Below are positions 26,657 to 37,074 of a DNA stretch of 64,000 nt, one piece after another. Location: positions 1,306 to 65,305 of IMG/VR virus record IMGVR_UViG_3300050821_003357. The stretch is one strand, 5' to 3'. Each line of letters starts with the position of its first letter. Positions within the stretch are counted from its first letter, which is position 1. The notes below the pieces were generated by a model. It was not told where the DNA came from, ran no database searches, and worked only from the letters and a program-made list of their open reading frames with translations. The position numbers and the translations under genes are program-made. The DNA comes from a virus. Taxonomy: Duplodnaviria > Caudoviricetes.

Positions 26657-27291
26657 CAAAGGTCGCGATCGGCGTCCTCGGGGGAACGCATGGTCATTTA
26701 GAGGCTGTGATTGATTACCTGATTCCTTTGCTGAGGACTTCCGATTGCCAGTGGGACACGTGGCGAGGAAGAGGCTATTCAGCAGCTAACGCGATGGTCT
26801 TGACGGCGATCGAAACGAAAGATCCGCCGGACTATCTATGGCTACTCGATGCTGACATGGCCTACCCGAAGGACTCGCTCAATCGCCTGCTGAAATGGCG
26901 CGTCGATATCGTTGGGCCGACCTATCGAAGAAGATATCCTGAGTTGGGCTTTGCGTTGGTCGAATATCCGCTGTCATCTCTGGTGACACCGAGTATTCAT
27001 TCAGGCGCGCATAGCATACACGAGTGGGATGCGATCCCTGCCGGCATGATGTTGATTAAGATGGAAGTGCTTCGGGCGCTTAAATATCCGTGGTTCTTCG
27101 ATGACCCTGGGGCACGCCTTGAAGATTTCGTTACTCAGGATATGAACTTTTGCAGATCTGCACGCAAAGCTGGCTTCAAGGTATGGTGCGATTATACCCT
27201 CAGCCGCCAAGTCGTACATTTGGCTGACGGGATACCCATCCCGTTCGATGTAGGACAACCCGATAGCAGAAGGAGAGACTCCCATTCCTGA
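26653..27291 (+). CDS. GT-A (family 2-like) glycosyltransferase
   Basis: YLWLLDADM, DIVG..Y.RR, GMMLIK, PWF, QDMNFC..ARKAGFKVWCD. Confidence 0.82.
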   Translation: MTKVAIGVLGGTHGHLEAVIDYLIPLLRTSDCQWDTWRGRGYSAANAMVLTAIETKDPPDYLWLLDADMAYPKDSLNRLLKWRVDIVGPTYRRRYPELGFALVEYPLSSLVTPSIHSGAHSIHEWDAIPAGMMLIKMEVLRALKYPWFFDDPGARLEDFVTQDMNFCRSARKAGFKVWCDYTLSRQVVHLADGIPIPFDVGQPDSRRRDSHS

Positions 27292-27745
27292 ATTCTATGG
27301 TGGCGTTGTGTCGATCACGCCAGCAACAGCGAACGACAATTGGACCCTCGGCCCTGGTGCTGCGGGCATTTTTGGCAAGGTATTCGAGATTTTCTGGGGC
27401 GGTCAGCTCACCACGTCGCAAGGCTATGCCACGCGCTGGGTGCGTCCGACCACGGTCGGCACCACCGCCGTTGCGATCACGCTTGGCTATGGCCAGCCAA
27501 ACTATGTAGCGGCTGGCCTCGCGCTGGCGAGCGGCTGGACCACGCAGCCGGTTATCCCAGCGACGGGCGTCGGCAACCTCTTTGCTCAGTCCTGGAATGC
27601 GCAGGGCGGGCAGGGCTCAATCGTCATGCCGCTCGACAAGGAATGGTGGGTATCTGCCACGATCCTTACCGGGCAGATCAGTTGCCGAAATGTCTCCGGT
27701 ACTGATGCGTCGGGGTCGTCATATTTCGTCGGGTGGAAAGAGTAA
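27284..27745 (+). CDS. putative virion protein (possible ATT start)
   Basis: AGGAGA 7 nt before in-frame ATT; ORF track starts at GTG 27308. Confidence 0.6.
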   Translation: MPEFYGGVVSITPATANDNWTLGPGAAGIFGKVFEIFWGGQLTTSQGYATRWVRPTTVGTTAVAITLGYGQPNYVAAGLALASGWTTQPVIPATGVGNLFAQSWNAQGGQGSIVMPLDKEWWVSATILTGQISCRNVSGTDASGSSYFVGWKE

Positions 27746-27748
27746 GTC

Positions 27749-27997
27749 GTGAATGACGCCGATGACGTTTTGCTGCCTCGGGAGATTATCGCGAGCCGGG
27801 ACGGCACAAGAGGCCGTCTATTTCAGGCTGACGGTATCAAGGCAGCGGGGATTTATGTCAAATGCACAACGAAGTTGGGGGGAACAGTCAGTAATGATCC
27901 CTGGCCGTTTTTGCTTGTGCCCGGTTCTGTAGTTGTCTGTAAAATAGACGAGAACGGGCAGTTCACGGCAACACGGATGGAGGGGCCGGGAACATGA
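27749..27997 (+). CDS. hypothetical protein
   Basis: 82-aa ORF in operon. Confidence 0.45.
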   Translation: MNDADDVLLPREIIASRDGTRGRLFQADGIKAAGIYVKCTTKLGGTVSNDPWPFLLVPGSVVVCKIDENGQFTATRMEGPGT

Positions 27998-28032
27998 TCC
28001 TCGCGCAGACGGCACTCGCCGCTATGTAATGA

Positions 28033-29694
28033 ATGACGCAACAATCCGGTTCGCACCGCGAATTTTACGAGCGGGAATTCCGGGGATACGTCAAGCTATC
28101 GGGACCGGCCGGGTTCGGGGCGGTCCAGGCGGTTACGCCGAAGCAATCGACGCGACAGGCGACGGTCCAGGAATGGCCGTTCGATCGCGGTGGGTATGCG
28201 GGGTTCCTGAAGCCGCCGATCGCGTATGGGGCGGCTCAGGCGGTTACACCGCTGCAAGCGGCGCGAGCGAATGTAGCGCAGGAGCAGCCCTGGCATCCGC
28301 CGGCCACGACTGCGGGGCCGCTGATCCCGGCAAGCGCCGCTCGCCCGCTACAGGCTACCAAAACAGCGGTTCCCCAGGAGTGGCCATGGCATCCGCCACC
28401 AACGCTAACAGCGCCCTTCCCGGTCAGCGCCGTTACGCCGCTGCAATCCGCCACAGCTCAGACTACGCAGGAGCTACCGTGGCATCCTCTGCCATCGACA
28501 TGGCCGCCCTTTCCAGTCAGCGCAGTTCGCCCGCTACAAGGGAGCGCTACGAGGATACCGCAAGAGCAGCCTTGGCATCCGCTGCCTTGGGCGTCCGCGC
28601 CCTTCCCGGTCAGCGCGACTCTACCACTACAATCCGTCAAGGCGCAGACCACCCAGGAATGGCCTGGCTATCATCCGACGCCGTGGGTAACGCCTGCGTT
28701 TATCCCAACAACCGCGCCCATCTCCTTTGTCGGGCAACGCCAGGCGCAGATTGCGCAGGAATGGCCGTGGCATCCTACACCCACGACCGCGAGCCCGTTC
28801 CCGGTCAGCGCGGCTCTGCCGTTGCAAGCCGCGAGCCTGCGTGTCACCCAGGAGTGGCCGTGGCATCCAGCGCCGTGGGCAACATGGCCGCTCATCACCG
28901 AGCCGTCCGGCAGCTTCGTTCCGCAGCCGCAGGCGCGGACGCAGCAGGAATGGCCGGGCTATCACCCAACGGCGAATCTGCCGACGCCGCTCATCCCCGG
29001 CAATGTGGGGCCGCCGCTACAGGGTCTCAGCGCTCGCACGACGCAAGAGTGGCCAGGTTATCATCCCGCCCCCACCACGTCGTGGGGATCGTTCGCCGCG
29101 CCATTCACATTCCCGCTTATTGGCTATTCGATCGTCAGGCAAGAATGGCCAGCTCACCATCCAGCGCCGACAACGCGCGGCCCGTTCCTTCCGAAAATCA
29201 CCTTCCCGCCGTTCCCTCTTCCCGGCGTGGCGAGAACGACTCTCGAATGGCCGGGGCATCATCCGTCGCCATTCCTGCAGGGTTCCTACAACTACACCCC
29301 CGGCACGGCTGTCATCTTCTCAGGTGGGCCGGTATGGGCAATCACCAATCGGAGCGGCGCTGGCGGCACAGCTTCAATATCCATCGGAACGGGGCCAAAC
29401 ATGACCTATCAGACCCGGCTCCGGTCGATGTACCTGGTGGTCTCGGGAGGTTCGGCGGGCGCGGCCACAGCGGTTGTGCGCGACGGCCTGGCCAGTAGCG
29501 GGCCTATTATCTTCCAGGCCGATCTTTCTACCGCAGCCAATAGCTGGGACTTCCTGGATTTCAACGAGATCGACCTGCGCGCAACGGCTGGTCATATTTT
29601 AACGGTTGAGTTCCAAGCCGGCACGCCCGGCGACTTCCAGGAGGTCAACGCTGAAGGAGACTTTGTGGCTCCTGGAACCCTGTACGGAGTATGA
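28033..29694 (+). CDS. Pro/Thr-rich repeat protein (12 QEWPxHP-type repeats) with C-terminal beta domain
   Basis: About 31-aa period; C-terminal ~120 aa paralogous to next gene. Confidence 0.8.
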   Translation: MTQQSGSHREFYEREFRGYVKLSGPAGFGAVQAVTPKQSTRQATVQEWPFDRGGYAGFLKPPIAYGAAQAVTPLQAARANVAQEQPWHPPATTAGPLIPASAARPLQATKTAVPQEWPWHPPPTLTAPFPVSAVTPLQSATAQTTQELPWHPLPSTWPPFPVSAVRPLQGSATRIPQEQPWHPLPWASAPFPVSATLPLQSVKAQTTQEWPGYHPTPWVTPAFIPTTAPISFVGQRQAQIAQEWPWHPTPTTASPFPVSAALPLQAASLRVTQEWPWHPAPWATWPLITEPSGSFVPQPQARTQQEWPGYHPTANLPTPLIPGNVGPPLQGLSARTTQEWPGYHPAPTTSWGSFAAPFTFPLIGYSIVRQEWPAHHPAPTTRGPFLPKITFPPFPLPGVARTTLEWPGHHPSPFLQGSYNYTPGTAVIFSGGPVWAITNRSGAGGTASISIGTGPNMTYQTRLRSMYLVVSGGSAGAATAVVRDGLASSGPIIFQADLSTAANSWDFLDFNEIDLRATAGHILTVEFQAGTPGDFQEVNAEGDFVAPGTLYGV

Positions 29695-30071
29695 CGTGGC
29701 AAATGACGACCCGCGGGGTAGCGGGCGCGGCAGCCTCGATCGCCGTGGCGACGGGACCAAACAGCACCTATCAGACGCGGCTGCGGGCGATGTATTGCAC
29801 GCTCTCAGGAACCAACGCCGGTAGCGGGACGCTGGTCGTGCGGGACGGCGCGACGGGCGTAGGCGCGATCATCTTTGAAGCGACCCTCAGCATACCTGTG
29901 AACAGCCGTGACCTGATCAACCGAACGGACCTTGACCTGCGCGCAACGGTGGGGAATCTGCTGACGATCGAGTTCCTTGCCGGCACGACAGCGGATTTTC
30001 AGTCAATCAACGCTCAGGGAGATTATGTGCCGCCAGGGACACCCTATGGTGCGACGGCGCTCGGCGAATGA
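29691..30071 (+). CDS. stand-alone paralogue of repeat protein C-terminal domain
   Basis: Shared TGPN.TYQTRLR.MY, VVRDG, DLRAT.G..LT.EF.AGT..DFQ..NA.GD. Confidence 0.8.
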   Translation: MTWQMTTRGVAGAAASIAVATGPNSTYQTRLRAMYCTLSGTNAGSGTLVVRDGATGVGAIIFEATLSIPVNSRDLINRTDLDLRATVGNLLTIEFLAGTTADFQSINAQGDYVPPGTPYGATALGE

Positions 30072-31597
30072 CGCCTCAACAGCGCGCTCGCGCTGCGCGC
30101 CGCACCAGTGAGCCGGAGGAATCCCCCGCTCCCCTCGGCGGATGGAACACGCGCGATCCATTCGAGGCGATGGACCCGAAAGACGCCATCATATTGGATA
30201 ACTGGTTTCCAGACTTCGCAGGGCTGACGAGCAGGAACGGCTCGGTCACGTTCGCGACCGGACTCGATGCGACAGCGCCCGTTCAGACACTTGCGATATT
30301 GCGGGCCAGTTCGATCAACCAGTTCCTCGGAGCGGCCGGGGGAAAGATCTTCAACATCTCGGCTGGAGGCGCTGTCGGAGCGTCCCTGGGCAGCGGTTTT
30401 ACTAGCGACATATGGCAGACCGTTCATTTCAACAGTCATTTGTTCTGGGTCAACGGCTCCGATCCGGCACAGGTCTATGACGGGACGACTTTGGCGGCGA
30501 CCGGCTTTACCGGCGCTAACATGAGCACGATGAGCGGCGTCGGGGCGTTCAATAACCGGCTCTACTTTTGGACCGGTACGGATCCGAGCTTCTGGTACGG
30601 CCCGGTGTTAGGAATCGCTGGAGCGCTATCGAACTTTCCGCTCAGTATGGTGACGCGAGAGGGTGGGAACCTGATCGCCGTAGAGGTTCTGTCCTATGAC
30701 GGCGGTACTGGGATTGACGATTATACCTGCTTTTTCATGACCTCCGGTGAGGTCTTGATGTATCAGGGAACCGACCCCTCCAACCCGAACAATTGGGCTT
30801 TGGTCGGACGCTACATGATCCCGACGCCGGTCGCGCAGCGCGCCATTACCCGGTACGGCGGGGATGTCTATATCATCACGGCGAACGATCACCAGCAATT
30901 AAGTAAGTTGTTCATTTCGCTGAAGCTCGGTGAGACAGCGCCGCGCACCAAGATCGCCGGGGCAGCGAAAGCGGCCTATGCGGCGGGAAAGAATTTGCCG
31001 GGCTGGCAGGCGCTCTATTACGGCGCCGGAACGCGGATGATCTACAACATTCCGAACCCGGACGGCACGTTCAGTCAGCACGTTTATAACACATCGACGC
31101 AGGCATGGTGCCGGTTTCGGGGGATGCCGGCATATTGCTGGGGGGTCTACAACGACCAGCTCTACTTTGGCGCGGCTAAAGGGGTCGTCGTGCAGGCCGA
31201 CATTGGGTCAAACGACCGTGGAACGCCCATTCTGACGCAAGGGCAGCAAGCATGGCAGACCTTCGGAACGCCGCTTATCAAGCGGGTCACCGCAGTACGC
31301 CCGGTCGTGCAGAGCAACGGCATCGCCATGTTCAATATGGGGCTGGGATTTGATTATCAGCTCTCCGGGATGCAGTTCCCCGAGGCTACGGTTGGATTCA
31401 ACAATGCGCTGATCTGGGGAGCGGGGAATTGGGGTCCGCCTCGAGTATGGGGCGGGGGCGCTGGCGTCACTGACCCGCGCTGGCACATCGGCGGCGGACA
31501 GGGCGCGGCTATCGGCCTGAGCGTCGCGGCGAATGCCTCCGTGGCCACAACGTGGATACGCACTGACCTACTGTTAGAGCCGGGCAACGCGCTCTGA
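30068..31597 (+). CDS. tail nozzle / DNA stabilization protein (P22 gp10-like)
   Basis: PAPLGGWNTRD, LDNWFP, YQGTDPS, beta-propeller-like. Confidence 0.8.
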   Translation: MTPQQRARAARRTSEPEESPAPLGGWNTRDPFEAMDPKDAIILDNWFPDFAGLTSRNGSVTFATGLDATAPVQTLAILRASSINQFLGAAGGKIFNISAGGAVGASLGSGFTSDIWQTVHFNSHLFWVNGSDPAQVYDGTTLAATGFTGANMSTMSGVGAFNNRLYFWTGTDPSFWYGPVLGIAGALSNFPLSMVTREGGNLIAVEVLSYDGGTGIDDYTCFFMTSGEVLMYQGTDPSNPNNWALVGRYMIPTPVAQRAITRYGGDVYIITANDHQQLSKLFISLKLGETAPRTKIAGAAKAAYAAGKNLPGWQALYYGAGTRMIYNIPNPDGTFSQHVYNTSTQAWCRFRGMPAYCWGVYNDQLYFGAAKGVVVQADIGSNDRGTPILTQGQQAWQTFGTPLIKRVTAVRPVVQSNGIAMFNMGLGFDYQLSGMQFPEATVGFNNALIWGAGNWGPPRVWGGGAGVTDPRWHIGGGQGAAIGLSVAANASVATTWIRTDLLLEPGNAL

Positions 31598-32022
31598 TTT
31601 CTCTGGTGGTCGGCCGCGATAAGGCGGTAGCAGCGTGGGTGGCTATAAAACTCGCAATCGAGGACTTTGGACCATATACGGCGATCGGCGTCATTGATGG
31701 CGAGTGGCTGATCGCTGGCGTCGTCTACAACAACTACCGCGAAGCCAATATCGAGATGACCATAGCTTCGATATCGCCGCGCTGGTGCGCGAGCCGGATC
31801 TTGCGAGGCTTGTTCTGGTATCCCTTCGGCCAGATCGGTTGCCATCGGGTGACAGCCGTTACCGAACACACGAATCAGCCCGTGCGGGAATTTATACGTA
31901 GGCTGGGTTTTATCGAGGAAGGCGTGATGCGCCGCTCATACCTCAATGGAAACGATGCTGTCATTCACGGCATGCTCCGCGAGGAGTGCAGATGGATAGG
32001 AGATAAGGAGCACTGTGGCTAA
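31594..32022 (+). CDS. GNAT-fold acetyltransferase-like protein
   Basis: AGVVYNNY, YPFGQIGC.RVTA, LGFIEEGVMR; possible CTG start overlapping the upstream stop (GTG 31606 alternative). Confidence 0.82.
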   Translation: MISLVVGRDKAVAAWVAIKLAIEDFGPYTAIGVIDGEWLIAGVVYNNYREANIEMTIASISPRWCASRILRGLFWYPFGQIGCHRVTAVTEHTNQPVREFIRRLGFIEEGVMRRSYLNGNDAVIHGMLREECRWIGDKEHCG

Positions 32023-33151
32023 GGGCGGCGCGTCTGCACCACCGGCTGTTGATCCGACTGCACTTGCGAATGCGCAAACCGGATCGAATCTGGCGACGGC
32101 AAACCAGCAATCCGTCCTCAACAACGTCAACACCTTTTCGCCGTTCGGCTCCTCGACCTTCAGCCAACTGCCGAGCGGACAATGGAACCTCAATCAGCAG
32201 CTCAATCCACAACTGCAGGGGGCATTCAGCAATCAGGCAAATCTTGCCAGTCTGCTTGCTGGCCAAGGCACGCAAAATGTAGCCGCTCTTGCGCAATCGC
32301 CGGCCTTAGCCGGAGCCAACATAGTCAATAGCGCCTACAACAATCTGGGCGGACAGATCCCGACAGGCCCGGCGAATTACTCCGGATTGGCACAACTACC
32401 TACGAGCGCGACCGATTTCTCGAATGAGGTAGGGCAGGCACAAAAGGCCGCCTATGACACACAAGCGGGGTATCTCAATCCGCAGTTCCAACAGAAGCAA
32501 TCCGATCTTACGCAACAGCTTGCCGATCAGGGCATTACGGCGGGATCGAGCGCCTATGACCGCGCGCAAGGCGATTTGGGTCGCCAGGAGACCTTGGCCT
32601 ATCAGCAGGCGCAGGACGCCGCGGTTCAAGCGGGAAACCAGGAACAGCAGGCGCTCTTTGGAGAAAATCTCCAATCCCGGCAACAAGGCGTCAACGAGGC
32701 CAATACGCAATGGGCGCAACCGCTACAGGCGTTGTCGCAAGCGGCGAGTACGGGCGAAGGCATCCTCTCCGGAATCGCGGGTCAGCTTCCAGAACTTGGT
32801 TCCCTCGCAGGGTTTGCCGGAACTGGCACTGTTCCGACGATGGGCGGGAGCCCGACTTCGGTCTATCCCTCGAATGTCGTGGGCGCGCAAGGCGCGGCGA
32901 ATACGGCAGCTGCCAATCGGTTCACCGCCGGCAACACGCTGAACAACCAGCTCTTCAGCGATATCGGCGGTCTCGGGAGCGCGCTGGGTGGAAGCAATTT
33001 GTTGTTCGGCTCACAAGGCCTGGGCGGCGCATTGGGGCTCAGCCCGACGACGGGGTTATTCGGTGGGCTGTTTGGGGCTGGGGATGCGTTAGGCGGCGGT
33101 GCGACAGCAGCGTCTGGTCTGCCTCTTGGTCTCGCGGCGTTGGGACTATAA
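32015..33151 (+). CDS. DNA ejection / internal virion protein
   Basis: Gln/Ala/Gly-rich, NVNTFSPFGS, LADQGI..GS.AY, hydrophobic Gly-Leu tail. Confidence 0.72.
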   Translation: MAKGGASAPPAVDPTALANAQTGSNLATANQQSVLNNVNTFSPFGSSTFSQLPSGQWNLNQQLNPQLQGAFSNQANLASLLAGQGTQNVAALAQSPALAGANIVNSAYNNLGGQIPTGPANYSGLAQLPTSATDFSNEVGQAQKAAYDTQAGYLNPQFQQKQSDLTQQLADQGITAGSSAYDRAQGDLGRQETLAYQQAQDAAVQAGNQEQQALFGENLQSRQQGVNEANTQWAQPLQALSQAASTGEGILSGIAGQLPELGSLAGFAGTGTVPTMGGSPTSVYPSNVVGAQGAANTAAANRFTAGNTLNNQLFSDIGGLGSALGGSNLLFGSQGLGGALGLSPTTGLFGGLFGAGDALGGGATAASGLPLGLAALGL

Positions 33152-35518
33152 ATGGCCGATCCCAACATCCTCGCGCAGATCCTAGCCGGGAATGATCCTC
33201 TTTCGCCGCAAATTGCACAAGGGCTGCAGGGCGCGCAGCTGTCTTCGGACACGATTAACAGCCCTCCTGCGCACGGTCCTTTTGGGGTCCTGGCGAAATA
33301 CCTCGGCGCGTCGCAGGGGCACGACATGCTGAACAACGCCGTGCAGCAGACGACGCAGGCGCGGCTTGGGGCGCAGCCTGATATGGCGAGGTTGATGGCA
33401 TCTCCTAATGCCTATCAGGATCTTGCCACTAAGCCGCAAGATTTCAATCCGATCGCCCGATCAGCATTCCTTAGTGGAGGACCGGAGCAGGCCCAGAAGT
33501 ACCAGCTGGGGCAGCAATTGACGACTGAGGCAGCACTCAAAAATGCCGCCGGAATCGCCGCTTTGCGCGCACAAGCCGCCGCTCTGGGCTTCCCGATGCC
33601 GACGACTCAGGATGTGCGATCTGGGAATTATCAAGGGCCGGACTACACAAGGATGTTCAGCGGCACGCCGGGTGGCCAGGGATCTGGAGCACCTGCAGCG
33701 GGTGGCGGTCCCATATCCGATCCGCGCGGATTGGTCCCGTACATTAGGCTGAGCGCAGTGCAGAATAATATCGACCCGGATGTTGCCGTAAGGGTCGCTT
33801 CCTCCGAAGGATTGGCCGCTCCGGCCGGAGCCAGCGGTGACGGGGGCACATCAGGCAACGCCTTTCAGCTCCATGTCACGCCAGGGGGCAAAGGTAGCGC
33901 GGTAGGCGATCTATTTAGGGAGCAGACCGGACTCGATCCGCTTGACCCGGCCAATGAAAAGGCCACGATTGATTTCGCATTGCACCACGCGGCAAAAAAT
34001 GGCTGGGGCGCATGGACCGGGGCCGCAAAGGCCGGCATCGCTCCATTCCAAGGCATCACTCCAGCCGGTCGGCCCATGCAAGTGGCTCAGGCCGGCGGCG
34101 GGACCGCTACGGATGCATCTGTAGGTGGGCCGTCCCTGGCGGGTGGCGCCCCGCCCAGCGCGGCAATGTCGCCCGCCGAGGCGTTTAGGATGCGTGCGCA
34201 ATTGCAAGCCCTAGGCATGCCGATTCCGCAGGCTGCCAATGATTATCTAGCGGCTCAAATGATGCCGCCGGGTCCGGCTCGCGATCTTGCCTTGGCACAG
34301 GCAATGAAGAGCGGCGGGCTGGACGCGATTCAGAATATCCGGGCGAACGGTACTCTCTTGGGTCTTGATCCGAACCATCCCCTCGGTCCTCCAAAGGTAC
34401 TCTATCATGCGCCGAGTTTGGCGGGGGGGCAGACAGTCAGTCAGCCTGTGCCGGGTGGCCCATTGTCGGCAGTAGATGTGCCTGGCGCAATGCAAGGTTT
34501 TGAGACTGAGGAGGCTTCGAAAGCGCGGGGTGGCGGCCAATACAAACCGGAAACCTATTACGACAAGTTTGGCAACCCGGTGCAGGGCACCGCTGCGCAA
34601 GCCCCGCAGTTTGCGAATCCGGCCCCTAGCGGGGCTCCTCCGCAAGCTGCGCCAGCCGGGCCACCCGGAACGTTATCCGTTGGCGGGGCGATACCCAGTG
34701 GCATGCCCGCGCCACCTCCACTCGCGCCAAAGCAAAGCCCATATGGCGCTGCCCCGACCTTTCTGGCGAATACGCCAACTGGGCAAAAGGATATTTCGCA
34801 GGTTCATGTCAACGATATGTTTCCGGGGGGTGCCGGTATACCCCAACCGGGCGGCCCGGCTGGACCGCCGACCGAATTGCAGAAAGAGATTCAGAAAACC
34901 GATGCAGATCGGCTGTCGGGATATAACAAAGAACAGGGCGCAAATCAGCAGATCAATCAGGATTTGTTGAGGCTGCATGGCGTTCTAGAGCGCGGCTTTT
35001 CGACAAGCAATGTCGCGCGCATCGGAGCGGATCTAGCGAATACTGCGCACGGCTTGGGGGCCGATTGGGCATATCCTGCCGGATGGGCGCCTGCAAGCGC
35101 TGCGGAATTCGATAAAGCCTCGACAGATCTGGTGTTTGCTGCGCTCAAGACCTTGCCGGGCCAGCCTCGTGTTACCGAGATAACGGGTTTGCAAAAGGCT
35201 AACCCAAATATTGTGATCCCGCGTGAGACCAACTATCAGATGATGAATGATATTCTGGCTAGATCTAAGTGGCAGGATGAGAGAGCGAGACTAGCAACAG
35301 AATTTACGGTCGAGCACAAAGGCGTTCCGCTATCGCTATTTGATAGCGCTTACAATCGCATGGCACCATTGCCTGACGTGGCGAATGAATACATGGGCGT
35401 GCTACGTCAGCATGGAGCGGTGTTTCCGGAGGATGTGAAGGCCGGAGGAGGCCCGGCTGCGCCTCCGGCACGGCGCTCGCGGTTCAATCCGGCGACGGGC
35501 AAGATCGAGCCGATGTAA
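33152..35518 (+). CDS. DNA ejection protein with lysozyme-like domain
   Basis: IDPDVAVRVASSEG, GDGGTSGNAFQL, NGWGAW. Confidence 0.72.
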   Translation: MADPNILAQILAGNDPLSPQIAQGLQGAQLSSDTINSPPAHGPFGVLAKYLGASQGHDMLNNAVQQTTQARLGAQPDMARLMASPNAYQDLATKPQDFNPIARSAFLSGGPEQAQKYQLGQQLTTEAALKNAAGIAALRAQAAALGFPMPTTQDVRSGNYQGPDYTRMFSGTPGGQGSGAPAAGGGPISDPRGLVPYIRLSAVQNNIDPDVAVRVASSEGLAAPAGASGDGGTSGNAFQLHVTPGGKGSAVGDLFREQTGLDPLDPANEKATIDFALHHAAKNGWGAWTGAAKAGIAPFQGITPAGRPMQVAQAGGGTATDASVGGPSLAGGAPPSAAMSPAEAFRMRAQLQALGMPIPQAANDYLAAQMMPPGPARDLALAQAMKSGGLDAIQNIRANGTLLGLDPNHPLGPPKVLYHAPSLAGGQTVSQPVPGGPLSAVDVPGAMQGFETEEASKARGGGQYKPETYYDKFGNPVQGTAAQAPQFANPAPSGAPPQAAPAGPPGTLSVGGAIPSGMPAPPPLAPKQSPYGAAPTFLANTPTGQKDISQVHVNDMFPGGAGIPQPGGPAGPPTELQKEIQKTDADRLSGYNKEQGANQQINQDLLRLHGVLERGFSTSNVARIGADLANTAHGLGADWAYPAGWAPASAAEFDKASTDLVFAALKTLPGQPRVTEITGLQKANPNIVIPRETNYQMMNDILARSKWQDERARLATEFTVEHKGVPLSLFDSAYNRMAPLPDVANEYMGVLRQHGAVFPEDVKAGGGPAAPPARRSRFNPATGKIEPM

Positions 35519-37074
35519 TGACGCATACGGTAACGTTGCCAAGCGGCGAGTCTGTCGATTTCCCTGACGAAATGGGCGACGATGCTGTAGCGCAGGCCCT
35601 TAAAGGTTATGCAGGAGCCCCAGCACAACAGCCATATACTGGAGCGATTCTGCCGTTTTCGACTGATGCGCAGGGCAATGCCAGCTTTGATCCGAACGCG
35701 GGTGTCCTTGGCGGAATACAGCGTCTAGCGCAGGCAGCCATGGCTCCCGGCGATGTGTATTCCGGCAAGCTCCCGACGCCTTATTCTGGATCCGGCTCTA
35801 GCCAAGCTAGTCCGGAGGTTACCAATCGGGCACTTGATTTTGCGACGGCGTTTAGCCCGACGAGCGTGGCGTCAAGGGCAGGGGAACTCATACCGGGAAT
35901 GGCGTCGCAGACCGTAGTGCCATCGGCGCAGCAATTAAAGGATACTGCGGCCAAGGGATACGCTGCCGCTCGTGCATCGCCAGTCTCGGTTCCCGGTGAT
36001 GCAGTTGCAAATATGGCTCAGGGAGTGCAGCAAACCCTCCTAAATGATCACGGCATTATTCAAGAGACTGCCCCCAAGACCTATGCAATTTTAGACAAGT
36101 TGGCAAATCCACCGAAAGTCGCTTCCTCTGCGGGAGCAGCAGAAATTCATCCAAACCCCCCTGGGTTTGATGTTCATACAAATGGTCCCGCTGGAGTGCT
36201 GTATGCCGATACCATAGAACAAGCCCAAGCTATGGCCAATAAGTACGGCCTGGGAGCAAACGATAATACTGTGGTCGGCACCTATCCGGGCCTTGAAGCG
36301 GCGCGGCGCGGCCTTTCCGCGATAACCACAGAAGGTGGCACGGAGGGTTTTGCCGCACAAAAAGCTATTCCGGAACTGGACAAGTTCATTGATACAATCT
36401 CACCGGAAGCAGCTACCGCTCGGGCTAACTATGCCGCCGCAATGCGCTCTAATGCTCTCACCGGGGATTTGGATCGGGCCAATACCGGATTTTTAGACCA
36501 AGCAAATGCTAAAGCGGCAGCGAGCCATTCAGGCACCAACATCGACAATTCGATAAGGCAGCGCGCCGCATCTTTCCTGCGAAACCCAGAAAACCTCAGC
36601 GGTTATTCGCAGGCGGAGATCGATTCGTTAAATAATCTTGTCCAGGGTGGGGCTGTTCGAAACGCGGCCCGTCGTGTTGGTAATACTTTTGGCGGCGGCG
36701 GTGGGCTTGGGAGCCTATTTGCTGCTGGGCTGGGGGCGACTGCGGGAGGACATTTGGGGCTAGGTATCGAGGGTACCGCTCTTGGGGCCGCCCTACCGAC
36801 CGCGCTTGGTGTCTCTGCAAAGGGGCTGGAAAACAGTCTTGCGCGCCGTGCGCTAGGTGGGGTTGACGAGATGGTTCGCTCTCGCTCGCCGCTTGCGGAA
36901 TTGCTTCAGTCTTCTCCCACCCCTGCCTTGGGAAGCAGCAATGCATATCTGCGGGTTCCCGCGTTTGTGCCGGCGCCGCAGCCCATGCCGCGCGCGCCGG
37001 TGCCTGCCGGGTCGCCCGCGTCGGTGCCCATGACGCCATCGCTCGCCCAATTCCTAGCTCGTGGCGGCGCATAA
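35518..37074 (+). CDS. DNA ejection / internal virion protein
   Basis: VTLPSGESVDFPDEM start; Ala/Gly-rich; TM-like C-terminus. Confidence 0.7.
   Translation: MTHTVTLPSGESVDFPDEMGDDAVAQALKGYAGAPAQQPYTGAILPFSTDAQGNASFDPNAGVLGGIQRLAQAAMAPGDVYSGKLPTPYSGSGSSQASPEVTNRALDFATAFSPTSVASRAGELIPGMASQTVVPSAQQLKDTAAKGYAAARASPVSVPGDAVANMAQGVQQTLLNDHGIIQETAPKTYAILDKLANPPKVASSAGAAEIHPNPPGFDVHTNGPAGVLYADTIEQAQAMANKYGLGANDNTVVGTYPGLEAARRGLSAITTEGGTEGFAAQKAIPELDKFIDTISPEAATARANYAAAMRSNALTGDLDRANTGFLDQANAKAAASHSGTNIDNSIRQRAASFLRNPENLSGYSQAEIDSLNNLVQGGAVRNAARRVGNTFGGGGGLGSLFAAGLGATAGGHLGLGIEGTALGAALPTALGVSAKGLENSLARRALGGVDEMVRSRSPLAELLQSSPTPALGSSNAYLRVPAFVPAPQPMPRAPVPAGSPASVPMTPSLAQFLARGGA

Noticed and set aside
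28160-29270. CRISPR array or DGR-like repeats
   Set aside because: Repeats are degenerate, in frame and protein-coding; no spacers, cas genes or reverse transcriptase
28029-29498. 489-aa overlapping ORF in another frame
   Set aside because: Shadow frame of the GC-rich repeat gene; repeat conservation is in the 28033 frame
30068-37074. Long-tail module (tape measure, tube, sheath)
   Set aside because: None recognised; organisation is podovirus-like
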